A stretch of DNA of 64,000 nucleotides, taken from NCBI RefSeq assembly GCF_052425735.1, contig NC_135765.1, positions 11,780,001 to 11,844,000 of the forward strand, given 5' to 3'. Under the pieces are notes generated by a model. It saw only the letters and a list, made by a program, of their open reading frames with translations. It was not told the origin of the DNA and made no database searches. The DNA is from Oculina patagonica (lineage: Eukaryota). Both the position numbers and the translations under genes were made by a program. Positions 23,998 to 35,900 of this stretch are shown one piece after another (position 1 is the first letter of the stretch; each line of letters starts with the position of its first letter).

Positions 23998-25407
23998 TTA
24001 TTTGCGCTTTCCTGCTATGCAGTTCTTTCGTGCCAGATTTTCTTCATGTAATTTCAAAGCGACTAGATTCGGAAATTCGTGAAACTGTAGCTTGCCGTCT
24101 TTATTTACGTCAAGAATGGCAAAAACTTTCTTCAGCTCAGCCTTGGTCATTGCAATGTTCATTTTCTTCAACCCCGCGATGAAGGCCTCTTGTCCGATCG
24201 TGTCGCGTTTGGCAGAAAGAACTTTGAACAAGTCTACCATTCGCAGACCACTGTGACGAGCAAAGCGCACAAAGGTATCCAATGGCGAAGCCTTCTCTGG
24301 GCTCCGAATCTCTTTGGCTTGACCACCTTGGATACTAATTTGCCAGGTGCAGTTGAAATCGGGTCGCTTTTGAAGCACCTCGTCGAGCTCTTTGTGGCAG
24401 TCTCTATCAAGAGTGATGCCCTCTAGATGAAGTTCCTGGAGGGCGCTCTCGTGATTTCGCCGGATTGCCTTCAAGAACGCTTGAGCACCAGGGCTCAAGT
24501 ATGGGTTCTTTCCTATGTGAAGCACTTGGAGAGTCTTGTTTCTTTTTAGGCCCTTTGCGATGATCTTTGCCTCAGGCAGGCCGATAGAAGTGTTGGTAGC
24601 ATCCAGATACGTCAGGGATTCGTTAGCCTCGAGTACGTTTCTTAAAGCCTGTGCAGCTGCCCCGGAGAGGCTATTCCAAGAAAAATTAAGCTTCTTTAAC
24701 GTATAGCATTCTCGCAGCCCATCCATGAGATCTACGGCCCCTTTGGTGGAAATGTTATTCCAGCTGACATTTAAAGACTCCAGTGAACTTGTCATGGACA
24801 AAATCGAGCCTAGAATACCGGCTCCTTGATCGTCTAGGCAATTGCGACTCAAGTCAAGAACCTTCAAGTAAAAACTCTCTTTGAGTCCTTCCAGTAGGGG
24901 AAGAACATGACCACCGTTATGGCATGTGTCTGAAAAGTTGAGCTCTCTGAGTGAAGAGGTATTCTTGAGCATACGTTCCATAGCACGGTTTCCCTCGATG
25001 CCAATGTTGTTTCCCGATATGTCAAGGCTGGTTATGAAGCAATTCTCCTCCAGTAGATCTGCTAGAGCTCCAGCACCAGTCCGGGTTATGCCATTATCAT
25101 GGAGATTCAACGTGTCCACTGTTATGTTGCGTTTGAGCGCGTAGGAGATAGCCTGCACCCCCTGGTCTAGAAGGCCATAGTGTCGAAGATCAACCTTGTC
25201 AGTTGTCATTTGCTTGATGAATTTTGATGCTGGTGGTATACCAAGCTGGGTACAAGCTTTTAAGTACATTTGTTCCTGTGTGATGTCGTTTGTTTTTTCT
25301 GCGCAAGAGTCTTCCAAGTCCGTGTCCCAGTCTTCATCCTCACTGGACAGTTCCGAAATGGAACCTTCAGAGGTAGTTGGTTTGTTGGAGATCTGTTCCA
25401 CATCCAT
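23998..25407 (-). CDS. Leucine-rich repeat protein, LRRC74A/B-like (RNI-like LRRs plus C-terminal EF-hand), uninterrupted coding exon
   Basis: ORF 23998-25473. The likely ATG is at 25407 (MDVEQ), just after a TTTCAG acceptor. Acidic DWDTDLE segment, YLKACTQLGIPP...VDLRHYGL motif typical of LRRC74, 28-aa LRRs (LNLHDNGI, LDISGNNI, LDLSRNCL, LNVSWNNI), GLRMVDLF, and EF-loop DVNKDGKLQFHEF. Confidence 0.85.
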   Translation of the reverse strand: MDVEQISNKPTTSEGSISELSSEDEDWDTDLEDSCAEKTNDITQEQMYLKACTQLGIPPASKFIKQMTTDKVDLRHYGLLDQGVQAISYALKRNITVDTLNLHDNGITRTGAGALADLLEENCFITSLDISGNNIGIEGNRAMERMLKNTSSLRELNFSDTCHNGGHVLPLLEGLKESFYLKVLDLSRNCLDDQGAGILGSILSMTSSLESLNVSWNNISTKGAVDLMDGLRECYTLKKLNFSWNSLSGAAAQALRNVLEANESLTYLDATNTSIGLPEAKIIAKGLKRNKTLQVLHIGKNPYLSPGAQAFLKAIRRNHESALQELHLEGITLDRDCHKELDEVLQKRPDFNCTWQISIQGGQAKEIRSPEKASPLDTFVRFARHSGLRMVDLFKVLSAKRDTIGQEAFIAGLKKMNIAMTKAELKKVFAILDVNKDGKLQFHEFPNLVALKLHEENLARKNCIAGKRK

Positions 25408-26670
25408 CGGGACTAAATTCCTGCTGAAAGATAACAATGTTTGAAAACAAGAAAGCTCAAACCAAGATTTCAAATTCTCAGTTACCGCACGTAAAAACGT
25501 GGAACTTCGAAATTAATTCTACAATTTCTTAGTTCTGCGACGTTGTTCTTAACGCTGTTCCAATCTTGATACAGAAGGGTAATATCTTATTATAAAAAAA
25601 AATGTCGTCAACTTTTACATTGCCAAAAACAAATTCAATTTTTCACAAACCTCTTACTTTCACAGAAACTATATCCACTTTCTGCTTGGTATAGTTTTCC
25701 TGTTTTGAAATTGTATTTATGAGGCAATAAAGCTGATACAATGCAATAAAAAGCGACGATCATCCACCGTAGCTTCGAGCAGTTTTTTAAATATCTGATA
25801 TGTGCAGAATAATTTGATCGTAATGTCTCTATGTTGCTCACCTGCTCCACTTTGGTTTCGCGCATTTCATGTTAAAAGCTATTATCAGTAAAACTCCTTT
25901 GCAAATGTGGTTTAGATGTGATAATTAGATGCTTCAGCGTATGATCGAAAGCTATTATTTTGTTTTGCTTCGCACATTACAATATTGGCACTTACATAAG
26001 CGTTTGTGACAATATTTCCATCTGCAATAATGGAATGCTTTAATTTTCAATTACTTTTCCAGTTTGCTAGTATTAGCAGCCTCTGGACAATTTTCATTGG
26101 TGCTGTGTTGAAAAGTTTCGAAAGGGATTCAGTTTGAATGAACCACGATTAGTCCACGTGTTAATTGGGCTTTTGAATCTCAATATTTTAAAATATTGTT
26201 TGAGAGGCTAAATTCCTTCACATAAATAGTTCGGAATTTAGAGTGGATTTTCTTTTGTTGCAGGCTAATTAAAGTTGGGCTAATGGAATTTCAAGTTGGA
26301 AATGTTATAATAGACATTAATAGAGTATTGAATATAAAGTCGCTAGTTATCGAGAATTTGGCTAGATTGTTTCGCTCTCAGACATTGTCAAATGACATTG
26401 GAACTCAAGGAAAAATACAATAACGTGATAGAAAATCATTTGAGTGAGTGGTAAGTAACAAGTTGCCGTGGAAATAGAAATGTAAACGCAAATATACTTA
26501 CATAAACTTATGATCGGAAGTGAGGTGGAGAAAGTTCCAATAGAACAGTTGCTTGCTATTTATTTTTATTTTGATATATCGGATCTACAGGAAGTTATTT
26601 CTATTTTTGATTTTGCAGTGACGTCAGTGGCAACGTTACAACTTACAATATGTTGACAAATAGCGCGAAA

Positions 26671-26958
26671 TAGGGCAGTTTTCACTTGAGTTTCGAAAGT
26701 AATTTGCGTTTGCTTTGGTTTTTCGTTACTACGCTTAATGATTGGTTTAAAAATCTCGCGCCACTTTCTTAACCAATCAGAAGTAAAACCAAAATCAATC
26801 ATGACTCGCACACGCACGTTTTCGCGCGCTTCGTGCCTGCGACATGTATTTGCTTCAAGTTTTGATTGGCTACCTGGATTGTCTGTGTCCTTTGTGATTG
26901 GCCAGGGTTATTACTTTGGTTTTGGTTTTACTACACTCAATTAGTGAAAACTGCTTTA
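26671..26958. mobile_element. Dispersed ~280-bp MITE family (further copies at ~35494-35780 and ~63870-64000)
   Basis: Shared core ACCAAAGTAATCACTCTGGCCAATCACAAAGGAC...ACATG...GAAGCGCG found in three places. TAG(A/G)GC...GCTTTA termini. Confidence 0.75.
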
Positions 26959-28242
26959 TCGCCCATGGTACTAATAGTCAACGAGTCCGAGTCATAGCCT
27001 TCGTGTATGGCTACACGTAGGCTATCCGGGTCCAGTCACAGCTAAATAAACTGTTAGTGGGTCTATAACAGCACTTTGCACGATTTCACAGTGAGTTTTC
27101 GTGAGAGCACTTCCAAATAGCGCCAACTGCAAACTGAGTATACATGTATATCGCAGCATTTATATTTGATAGCACGAAGTTCCTGAGCATTATAAACTTT
27201 CTTGAATAACAACGCGAGATAGTTTTTAATTTGAATTAAGTCCGAAGGTTTCGGGATCCGGGATTTGGCTTGTTCGAAGGCCGAGATCCGGGATTTAAGA
27301 TGGAAAAAGGGTGCGAGATTCGGGATTAAAATTATGAACGGGACAAGAATTGAAGATTTTACGAGGCGGATAGAAAATCAAGTTGTGATCTTCGTGAACG
27401 TCGCAAAAAGCCGCACAAAGCGTTTATTGTGACTTACACAAGTTACCCGTGTTTTCCAAGTGCCAGTTACACGGAAAAAAGAAACCTTATTGTTGATGAC
27501 CCACAGACTTCTGGTTCAAGACCAGTACTGGGAGGGAATATACACCCACTGAAAGGCCTTTTATCGTCGAGGCAAGGAATTAAGAAACAATAAATGGCCG
27601 GGACCAGGATAAGCCGATCAAAACCTTCGGGATTACGGGATTAAGGAAAACCATTATCCGGCGAGGGTGATTGGGACCCTCATAAGGTTGATACATGTCG
27701 AGGAAATTCGCTTATGCAACCTTACATGTATGTCCGGTGAAAAACCAACCTTTATGTCAAATTGTGCAATTTGAAGTGAATAGAATATACGCAACTTGAC
27801 GGCATCTCGTATTATTTTAATAATCTGCAGAAAACATTTAACTTTTACATAGCTTAACGTTGGCATGAAATTTGTTTTATGAATAGTATAAATATGACCT
27901 TATAAATACATTTACATGTTAGATAGCTTTGAAATCTTTGCGTTGCCCTTTTCAAATTTAAGAAATTGTAATTATCTATTTTGAAATTTGATTAAAGATC
28001 AATAAATTCTAATTTAATTGCGTTTAATTGTTTAATAGCTTTGAAATCTTTTTGTTCCCGTTTCACAATTATTTTATTAGAAAATTTTAACTATCTATTT
28101 GTAATGTTGAGTGGAGGCTGATCAATTTTTAAAATGCTGTAACATATTTACATTGCACAATAGTGTCAACTAATTCTGTGCAAGATTTCTGAAAGTTGAA
28201 AAACTAATATGGAAACTACTTCTGGATGCGAACGCTTTATTA

Positions 28243-28688
28243 AGGCTGGTTCTCATATCATCGCCCCGAACGTTTCTTTCGCCCATGTCACTTCAAAAAG
28301 TTTTTTTGCGATCGGGGCGATTATATGAGAACATTACACAGGTGATCGCTAACGTCTTCGGCGATGGGCCATGGGCGACCACGATCGCTTGGATCGCCCG
28401 TGTTCTATCCTTCTAGCTTCTCCACCCTTTCTTCGCCATAAAACTGTAATAACTGAGAAGATAGAAGGCCACGAGTTTTGCTCTTCCATAGAAGGCTGCC
28501 ATGGTGTTTGATCTATAGGGCTAAAATAATTGTTCTTCGTAGGTCTTCGTTCACACCAGGCGAGACGATCGATCATTTGTGAACCCTCGATCACTTCCAA
28601 TCGCTTCGATCGCCTACGATCGTCTCAGTATTTGCAAACGATTGACCAGCGATAGGAGCGATCGGGGTGATCATATGAGAACCAACCT
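28243..28688. mobile_element. PIF/Harbinger-type MITE
   Basis: TIR AGG(C/T)TGGTTCTCATAT...; TTA TSD; internal GCGATCG repeats. Confidence 0.75.
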
Positions 28689-29699
28689 TTAATATCAAAC
28701 GTCGACCTGTATAAAGTCGTTTCCCAGTTATGTTGTTGTTACTTTTGGCGTTAAAATCAGATCAATTTTTTTGCATCCGATTTACGACTATTTACAAATA
28801 CCTTTAGCGCTGGGCGAGGAATACTCCCTATAATGGACTATACGGGAAGGCTCCTCCCAAATGGGGTACCTTTTTAAGGCTGGAGGTATATAAAAAGGGA
28901 AGGGATTTCCCGAGCTGGGGTAGAGAAAAGGCTAGGGAAAACTGTCATTTTGGTATTTGAAAAGGCCTTTCAAAATTTCTCAAAAAGACCCAAACGGTTG
29001 ATTCATATAAAAAAGGTATTCAAGTAAAAAAGGTTAGAAAAGAGATACAGAATTGCTTCTGTGGGTATGTGAGTGGTAACATTTTCTATCAAAGGAATAT
29101 GAAAGGGTTAACTTTCCTGTCAAAATGGTATATAAAAGGGTAAGGGCATGGACCTCGAGGTGGAGCCTCCCCGCATAAAATTATCGTGAGTATTTCGCAC
29201 GGGCTTATTGAGCGCCGATTTTGTCGGTACAATTTCTTCTTACAGCCTGTATGTAAGGAAAAATCGTTCCGTCTAATTTGTTCTAAACATTTCTTTGTTT
29301 TTCGTTAACTAAGAAATAAGAAATAAATTTGATATATTCTTTAAGCGTTTAAAAGTGACATTAACACTGAATTCGAAAAATAAATGCAACTAGGAGTTTT
29401 GCTATTCCTTCTGTGTGAAGGGCGGGGGGGGAGAGGGGGGAAATCCCATTTTAAAGGGACGGGGATGCTCGTCGTCTCGCTTAGATGTGGTGCTCCCATA
29501 AGTATTTTCAGGACAGAACGATAACATTCTTAGCCGTCGAGATCTCGTTTAGTTTTGCACGTGAATAAAGGCGCCGTAACACTGTGTTGGCGGTCTACAC
29601 CGATCTGGTAGGGATCAGAAAAAGCTTGAGCCACGCCCTGATTGGTCTCCCCGTCCCTTTTGCATGGGAGTCTCCTCTCCCCACCCGCCCACAGTAGCT

Positions 29700-29872
29700 T
29701 GACAGGCTTCCCTGACAGTTCGATGGTACTCAATTCTACTCTTGGATGGAAATAAGCACTATGAGAGTGAAGTGTCTTGCCCAAGAACACAACACACTGA
29801 CCGTCGATCGGCCAGCGCTTTAGCCCGGACCACTCGTTTGGAGTTCCAGCGCGCGAACCATTAGAATATCGC
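29700..29872 (-). mobile_element. tRNA-derived CORE-like SINE just downstream of the ZP gene stop (older copies at ~8400-8490 and ~46030-46170)
   Basis: Minus strand has a tRNA-like head followed by GTGTTGTGTTCTTGGGCAAGACACTTCACTCTCATAGTGC, similar to the conserved SINE CORE segment. Confidence 0.6.
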
Positions 29873-29950
29873 ATCTCTCCCTAGTTTTACTACAGCCCTG
29901 ATTATGGTGGCGAGTCAGCTTGAATTTCTTATACAAGCAGTGCCTGCCTT

Positions 29951-32900
29951 TTAGCCAGGGCCAGGCACTTGTTTGCGCACAACTAGAAGGGTGGCGGCTC
30001 CTGTTTCGCCGGGCTTCTTACGAGGCTTACAAATAAAGGCCACAAGGGCTGCCACGAGTAACACCACGACGAACCCAAGCACTCCTGCCACGATATAAAT
30101 CAGAATGCGGGTGCCCTCTTTGGGTTTCAAGGACTCTGTAAGGTAATTAGGGAAAAAAATGTTACTTTGAAGAATTGAATACCGTGCAACGACCAGCAAA
30201 TTATTCTCTTATAAACTAAAGGGAGGGCATTTGACATAAGGCATAAGGTCATAAGGGTGTAGGTTACAGGTCACTAATTTGGGTGAATCCGTGCCATTCC
30301 TTAATTACATGAGCAACAAAGTTAACAAAATTGTATCTTCTCCTAAGTTGCTGATAAAAATTGGATCCTCATAACGCAGAAAAAGATTTATGAGCTACGA
30401 AGACCACGTTTTCTAAGAAATTGAGCTAAAATAAGCCGTACATCTTGCACACTACAATCTTGTTTAATAGCACCCCAAATGTCCTGATTTCCACCCTCCG
30501 AATAGAAAACAATTACCAGAGACATCACATGAGCCCTACTCTTACCCTCGTTGGGTGGGTTAGAAGAAACTATTATCGGTCCAACAGCGAGAAGACGTTC
30601 AATCTCTTGTTCAGATGCTCGCTTTCTTTTCTTTTCAAACTTGCATCCTTCAGCGCAGCGCGATGACCGGTCTGAACGAAGACAAGCTTTTACCAGACAG
30701 TGGAGGAAGATTTCTTTCGACTTTACGGCAATGAAGCGAAACGCACTCAAAGTCAAACGCTGAACGGACGACAGTGAGTAGTTGTAGCGAAGAGCGTTGT
30801 CTTTGGGACACCTAAAATATGAAATTAAACAAATATATATTTTAATCCCTTTTATTAATACCATTTTTACATGTACTATGAAGACAGTTTTCAACATGCA
30901 TACGCATGCTCATGTAGTCTACGTATACTGGTCTAATAGAGAGATATGGATCAACATTGATGACAAATGAGTAGAAAAGCCATCTACATTATTGTGAAAT
31001 GGCTGTATGTTTAATATGTATTTCTACGATAAAGTTAAAAAGTTATGCATGGGTAATTTGCAGTAAAAGTCGCAAAATAATCAAGCTACTAATGCACCAT
31101 TCACACCAGCAAAACCTGTTTAGTTAAGCCTGAATTAACAATTGAAAATCAGCAACAGAAAAGTGAGAGACTGGATTTTACCTAGGGTTCAATTACGCTC
31201 TTATTGATTTTAATTTGTGCTTTCATTGCGCTAAGTTTTGAAGTCTAAAAACATCATGTACAGTTAGCAACTTCTGTGAAGAAAAAAATTTTAAACCGTG
31301 TTTAACTAAACTTACAGTTTTAAACTTATTTTAGCTTTAGTGAAAATAGGGTGTAACGTTCAGAAAATATTTGTAAATTCTGTAAAGCTAATGATACTAA
31401 CCCATCCTCTAAAAAGATGAACTGCATCTGATCATGATACTCAGTTGAAGGAGTCGCCTTACACTCATCCACGAACACAACAAGTCCTGCATCACTTGAC
31501 GTCACTGACACCTGAAGATAAATATCCGCTCCAACATCTATTGGTCCAACTGGGTACCTCGTGTAATGCTCCTTGAAGTCTCCACTTTTAAACAAATGCA
31601 TCTCAAACGTAAAATTTCCAAACGACTCTGAAAAGGAAAGACGGATAAAAGGGGATTCAGGGGCAACCAACGAATATTTCGTTAAAATATCTGTTCGGAA
31701 GACGATTGAGATCTAGAATTTTCGGAACATTCATGTAAATTTTTTTGCTTGCCTGCCTTTCCTAGGATTTTCGAATATCTAAAAAATGATATAATTGTTC
31801 ATTTCTAACGGATTTTTACTCTAAAAAGGTCACCTAGAATTTCGGCAGCCTTTCTCTGGCTAGAAGTTTTCGAAAAGGTAAGTTTGATCCCTATAACTTC
31901 GGATCACTAGACCTTCAGCTAGGTAATCTGAACAGATAAAAAAGTTTTAGGGGATAAAAATATGCCTATATCTACCGTTTAAATACTAAAATACGTTCAA
32001 CGGTGCTATCTTTAAGTGGTTTTGAACTATATTCTCGATGGGTGCCCCTAGGGATCGTGTGAATGAAATAAAAAACTGTATAGAGTCCGTGTAATAGTTT
32101 TGTGTTCGAAAGAAAACGTCCGTTATATCATGTCTCACGTACGTTTCTTTTCTAAGAATCAAATTCTTTTCCAAACATTTTCCAAACAGCGAGTGGTCGA
32201 GTGCTGAAAGGGACACTGTCACGGAGATTTTTCTGCTTTAAATAGTGAAAAAAATTGTCAAAGTTTTCTTGCTCGTACACGAAATGCATCTAAAATAAAC
32301 GGGCGAGATATAAAGGAAATTGTGTCCCTTTTGAAGGAAGGTCTCCCCCCCCGGGAGCCGTTGTAAGATTTTAGCTGCTTTCCTGGCCACAAGCGTAGAG
32401 TTGAAAAAATCAGCCTGAGGCCTTTTCAAGTTGAGATCAAAATTTCCTGATCGGCCAGCGGACATCACATTAATATCATGTAATATCACTTGTTTATAGC
32501 TTCAGAACACTGGTAACTTTTAGTGCATAGTAATTTAACTTAAAACAAAAAATTGACCACTATTTGTAGATTTCTATACGCATTTTATCTAAATTTTTGA
32601 AGTGAAGCTTGTGACAGTGACCCTTTAAGGACCAAAATCGTCCAAACATCTCAAATGTCGTTACGCGATATTCCTCGCTGGACATAACATAAAATAAATG
32701 CAAATTGATTCGAATAAGAACATAAGATAAAACCGCCCAGAAAAGATCAAGCAAACAACCAAAAAACTAAAATGCAAATGCCGGTACCGACACTACGAAC
32801 TTCAATGATGACCTACGTCCCCAGGGTCATCTCTGTGACAATTTTCATTCTGAAAAGCGGAGAAGCCCCTTGGGACGAGGTTGAAGAACTGCAACAAGCC

Positions 32901-35900
32901 GTTTAGGTAGGCTCCACATATTCTGTAATCTCCTTTAGTGATTATCATATAATTAAATTTTAACACTGACTATAAACCTCCTCACTTACCGATATCAGTG
33001 ACGACAAATATTTTAGACGGGTCGAATGACACCACCGATAACACAGCCCTTCTTTTGTAGCGGCACTGGAACTCAAACACAGCCTCGTGGTCACGTGTTG
33101 CGTACGAGCCTAATGTGTTTTGGCTCCGCACAAGGGCTGTTATGGCGTTACGGTAAACGATCATTTTCCCATCCTCCGAAATGTTCCATGCCATTCCACA
33201 TCCTTCTAGCGTCGATTTGATAAATATGTGGGTATTATTCTGGAAGTATGGCTTGCAGGAAGGATCGTTAAGGTGTACGCTCTCTGGATCGTGGTTAAGA
33301 ACGGACTTGATGTGCAATACGACATTTATCTCATCTTTGTCGCAGTTAACATCCATGGCAAAGTCGTCTGTTGAAAACACATGAAAGAGAACATTCAGTG
33401 CATTGAGAAATCGGAAGAAGCTTAGCAGCCGGAGAAAAAGCATAAAAAATACCCGGGGGCGGGAGGCACTCCCTATATTGGCTCATACGGAGAGGCTTCG
33501 CCCGAAATGGGAACCTTTCATGCTTCAGGTATATAAAAGGGTGGGAAGTTTAGGCAAATGAAAGGGCCTCCAATTAAAATATTTCAAACAGACGCATCTT
33601 ATGGCTGTATTAATTAAATTTATTAAACGCTTCATAAAAATGGCATCAAGACTTCCTTGATTTACGTATACGTCATGTCTTTTCGGTATACGAAAGGGGT
33701 ACCTTTTCTGTCAAAATGGTTTATAAAAGGGTAAGGGGTTGGACCTCAGGGCGATGCCTCTCCGTACAAAACGTTTTTGGTGTAGCCCCTCCCCCGGGAA
33801 AAAGTAATAGCCATTTGTTTACTAAATAGGTATGATCTGTCCGCCTGAACTTGTTCAATGGCTAAGGTCCAATTTCTCCATTTATGCTTTTTTTCAGTGT
33901 CATAATAAATTTTTGTCATTTTCAGGGCGTTGATATCCCGGCTTTACCACATGTAACAATAAAAACACCACGTGTTAATCACATGAAGCAGTTACCTGGT
34001 TCGGTTGTTGGAGTTTTTCCAGTTGTTCGTGCTGGCGACACTGTAGTGGGTTCCACATACTCTGAAAGTAGATTTAATAATAATGTTATTTATGCGACTT
34101 ATGGATCGTCAAAGCAGTCGTAAAATTGTTGTGCTTCCAGCGGATTCTCCGCACGTGCATGCACCGTAGTAGAATTTTCCTAAAAACGTCCATTTATGAC
34201 ATTTCTTTTGCTCATTTTGTAGTCTAGAATTTATACACCAGTATATAACATATTAACATAACATAGCATATCAGTAACATAACATATTATGTTAAGTAGA
34301 GGAGTCTTTCCCCTGCTAAGGCTCTGTTTAGACACATTAATAAAGTTTTCAGTTGATTACGATTGATAGAAAAAAATTAAAATAAAAAATGAACTTTGAA
34401 CTTTGAATGTTTCACGAACTAAGCTTTTATCTATATTCTACTCACCGGACACGACACCCTCGTAATCCAGTTGAAAGCCAATACCAGGTTCACTTGTATT
34501 AGAGACGAAATTCACGAGCATAAATCGATCGGTAGAAAACAGCCGAAGTTCACCCGATGCAAAGTCGGCATATTTGGCAATCTGAGTGCTATTCTCCCGA
34601 ACGCCGTCACGGAACGTAATGTAATCATTAGGTCCAAGCGTCAAGTTCCTTAACACGAGTTTCACTCTCATGCCAGCGGGCGCCGTTATACGCCAAGTGC
34701 ACTGAAGACTGTTGGGATACTGGCGGGGAAAATTTGGACTTGATAAGGAGCCTGGTGTCGAGCCATTAACAGTAATGTCGTTGTTGTCAGCTGCGCAATC
34801 AAGATCTGGTTAGATAGATAGATAAACTTTATTAATGTGTCAAGGCCACATAGCCTGGGAAAATCCCATACTAATTTGGGGACACAATTAATAGGTATTA
34901 AAAAATATGTAAAAAGAGAATTTAGAATCCTTAGAGCTATATAAAACAAAGTTTTGAAATAAAGGAAGAAATTAGCTGCGTAAGAAATACAGCCGGGCGG
35001 ATGGACATATAAATGATAAATCTAATGGTAGGGGATATACCACTTATGAGATAAGCACAAGCATAACTACAAAAATGTTTACACTCGCAATAAGCAAAGT
35101 TCTGATGAACATTGCATGATAGGAGTCAACTCAACTGCCAGTACTTGCGCTTGTGCTTTTGCTTATTTCACACCGGTTCTCACTTGTGGAACATGCATAA
35201 CACAAGTGAAATAAGCCTAAGAAAGGGACATGTTGCTCTTTTTAATGCTTAGGCTTATGCTTATTTCACCTTGGTGCACGCCAGCGCTTTCTTTGATCTT
35301 GTACTTATGCTTATGCGTGTGAACCAGGCTCAACGCATAAAAGGTACAGTGGTCTACCACGGCTTTTTCTACGGAATCCTCCCACCCTCTTCGCGTCACA
35401 GATACACGGCGACACAGTAACCAATGGTTAGTATATAGAAACATGTTAATTTGACGCAGTAGTCATTTTGTTGTGATGTTTTCTTTGGAACGTTAGAGCG
35501 ATTTTTAATTGAGTGTCTTTTAACCAAAACCAAAGTAATCACTCTGGCCAATCACAAAGGACGCAGACAATCCAGTGGACCAATCAAAACTCAATATAAA
35601 TACATGTAGGCGGCGTGAAGCGCGGGGAAACGTGTGCGAGTGAGTTACGATTGGTTTGGTTTTACTCCTGATTGGTTGAAAAAAGGGGCACGAGTCTTCT
35701 TTTTAAACCAATCACTAAGCGTAGTAATGCAAACAACAGGAAACGCTAATTACTGTCGATGCTCAAGTGAAAATCTCTCTGAGCTACCACAATAACGCTT
35801 GCCTTCATAAAACGTTGTGTTACGAATGTTGCCACACAACAGAAGATGCATATGCTAGTAAGGATCCAAGCCAAGTGCTTGCCATTATTTTTTTTATTTA

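Noticed and set aside
24190-25444. Plus-strand ORFs overlapping the LRR gene (similarly 48564-48998 and 45645-45984 over other genes)
   Set aside because: These are antisense shadows of real coding sequence.
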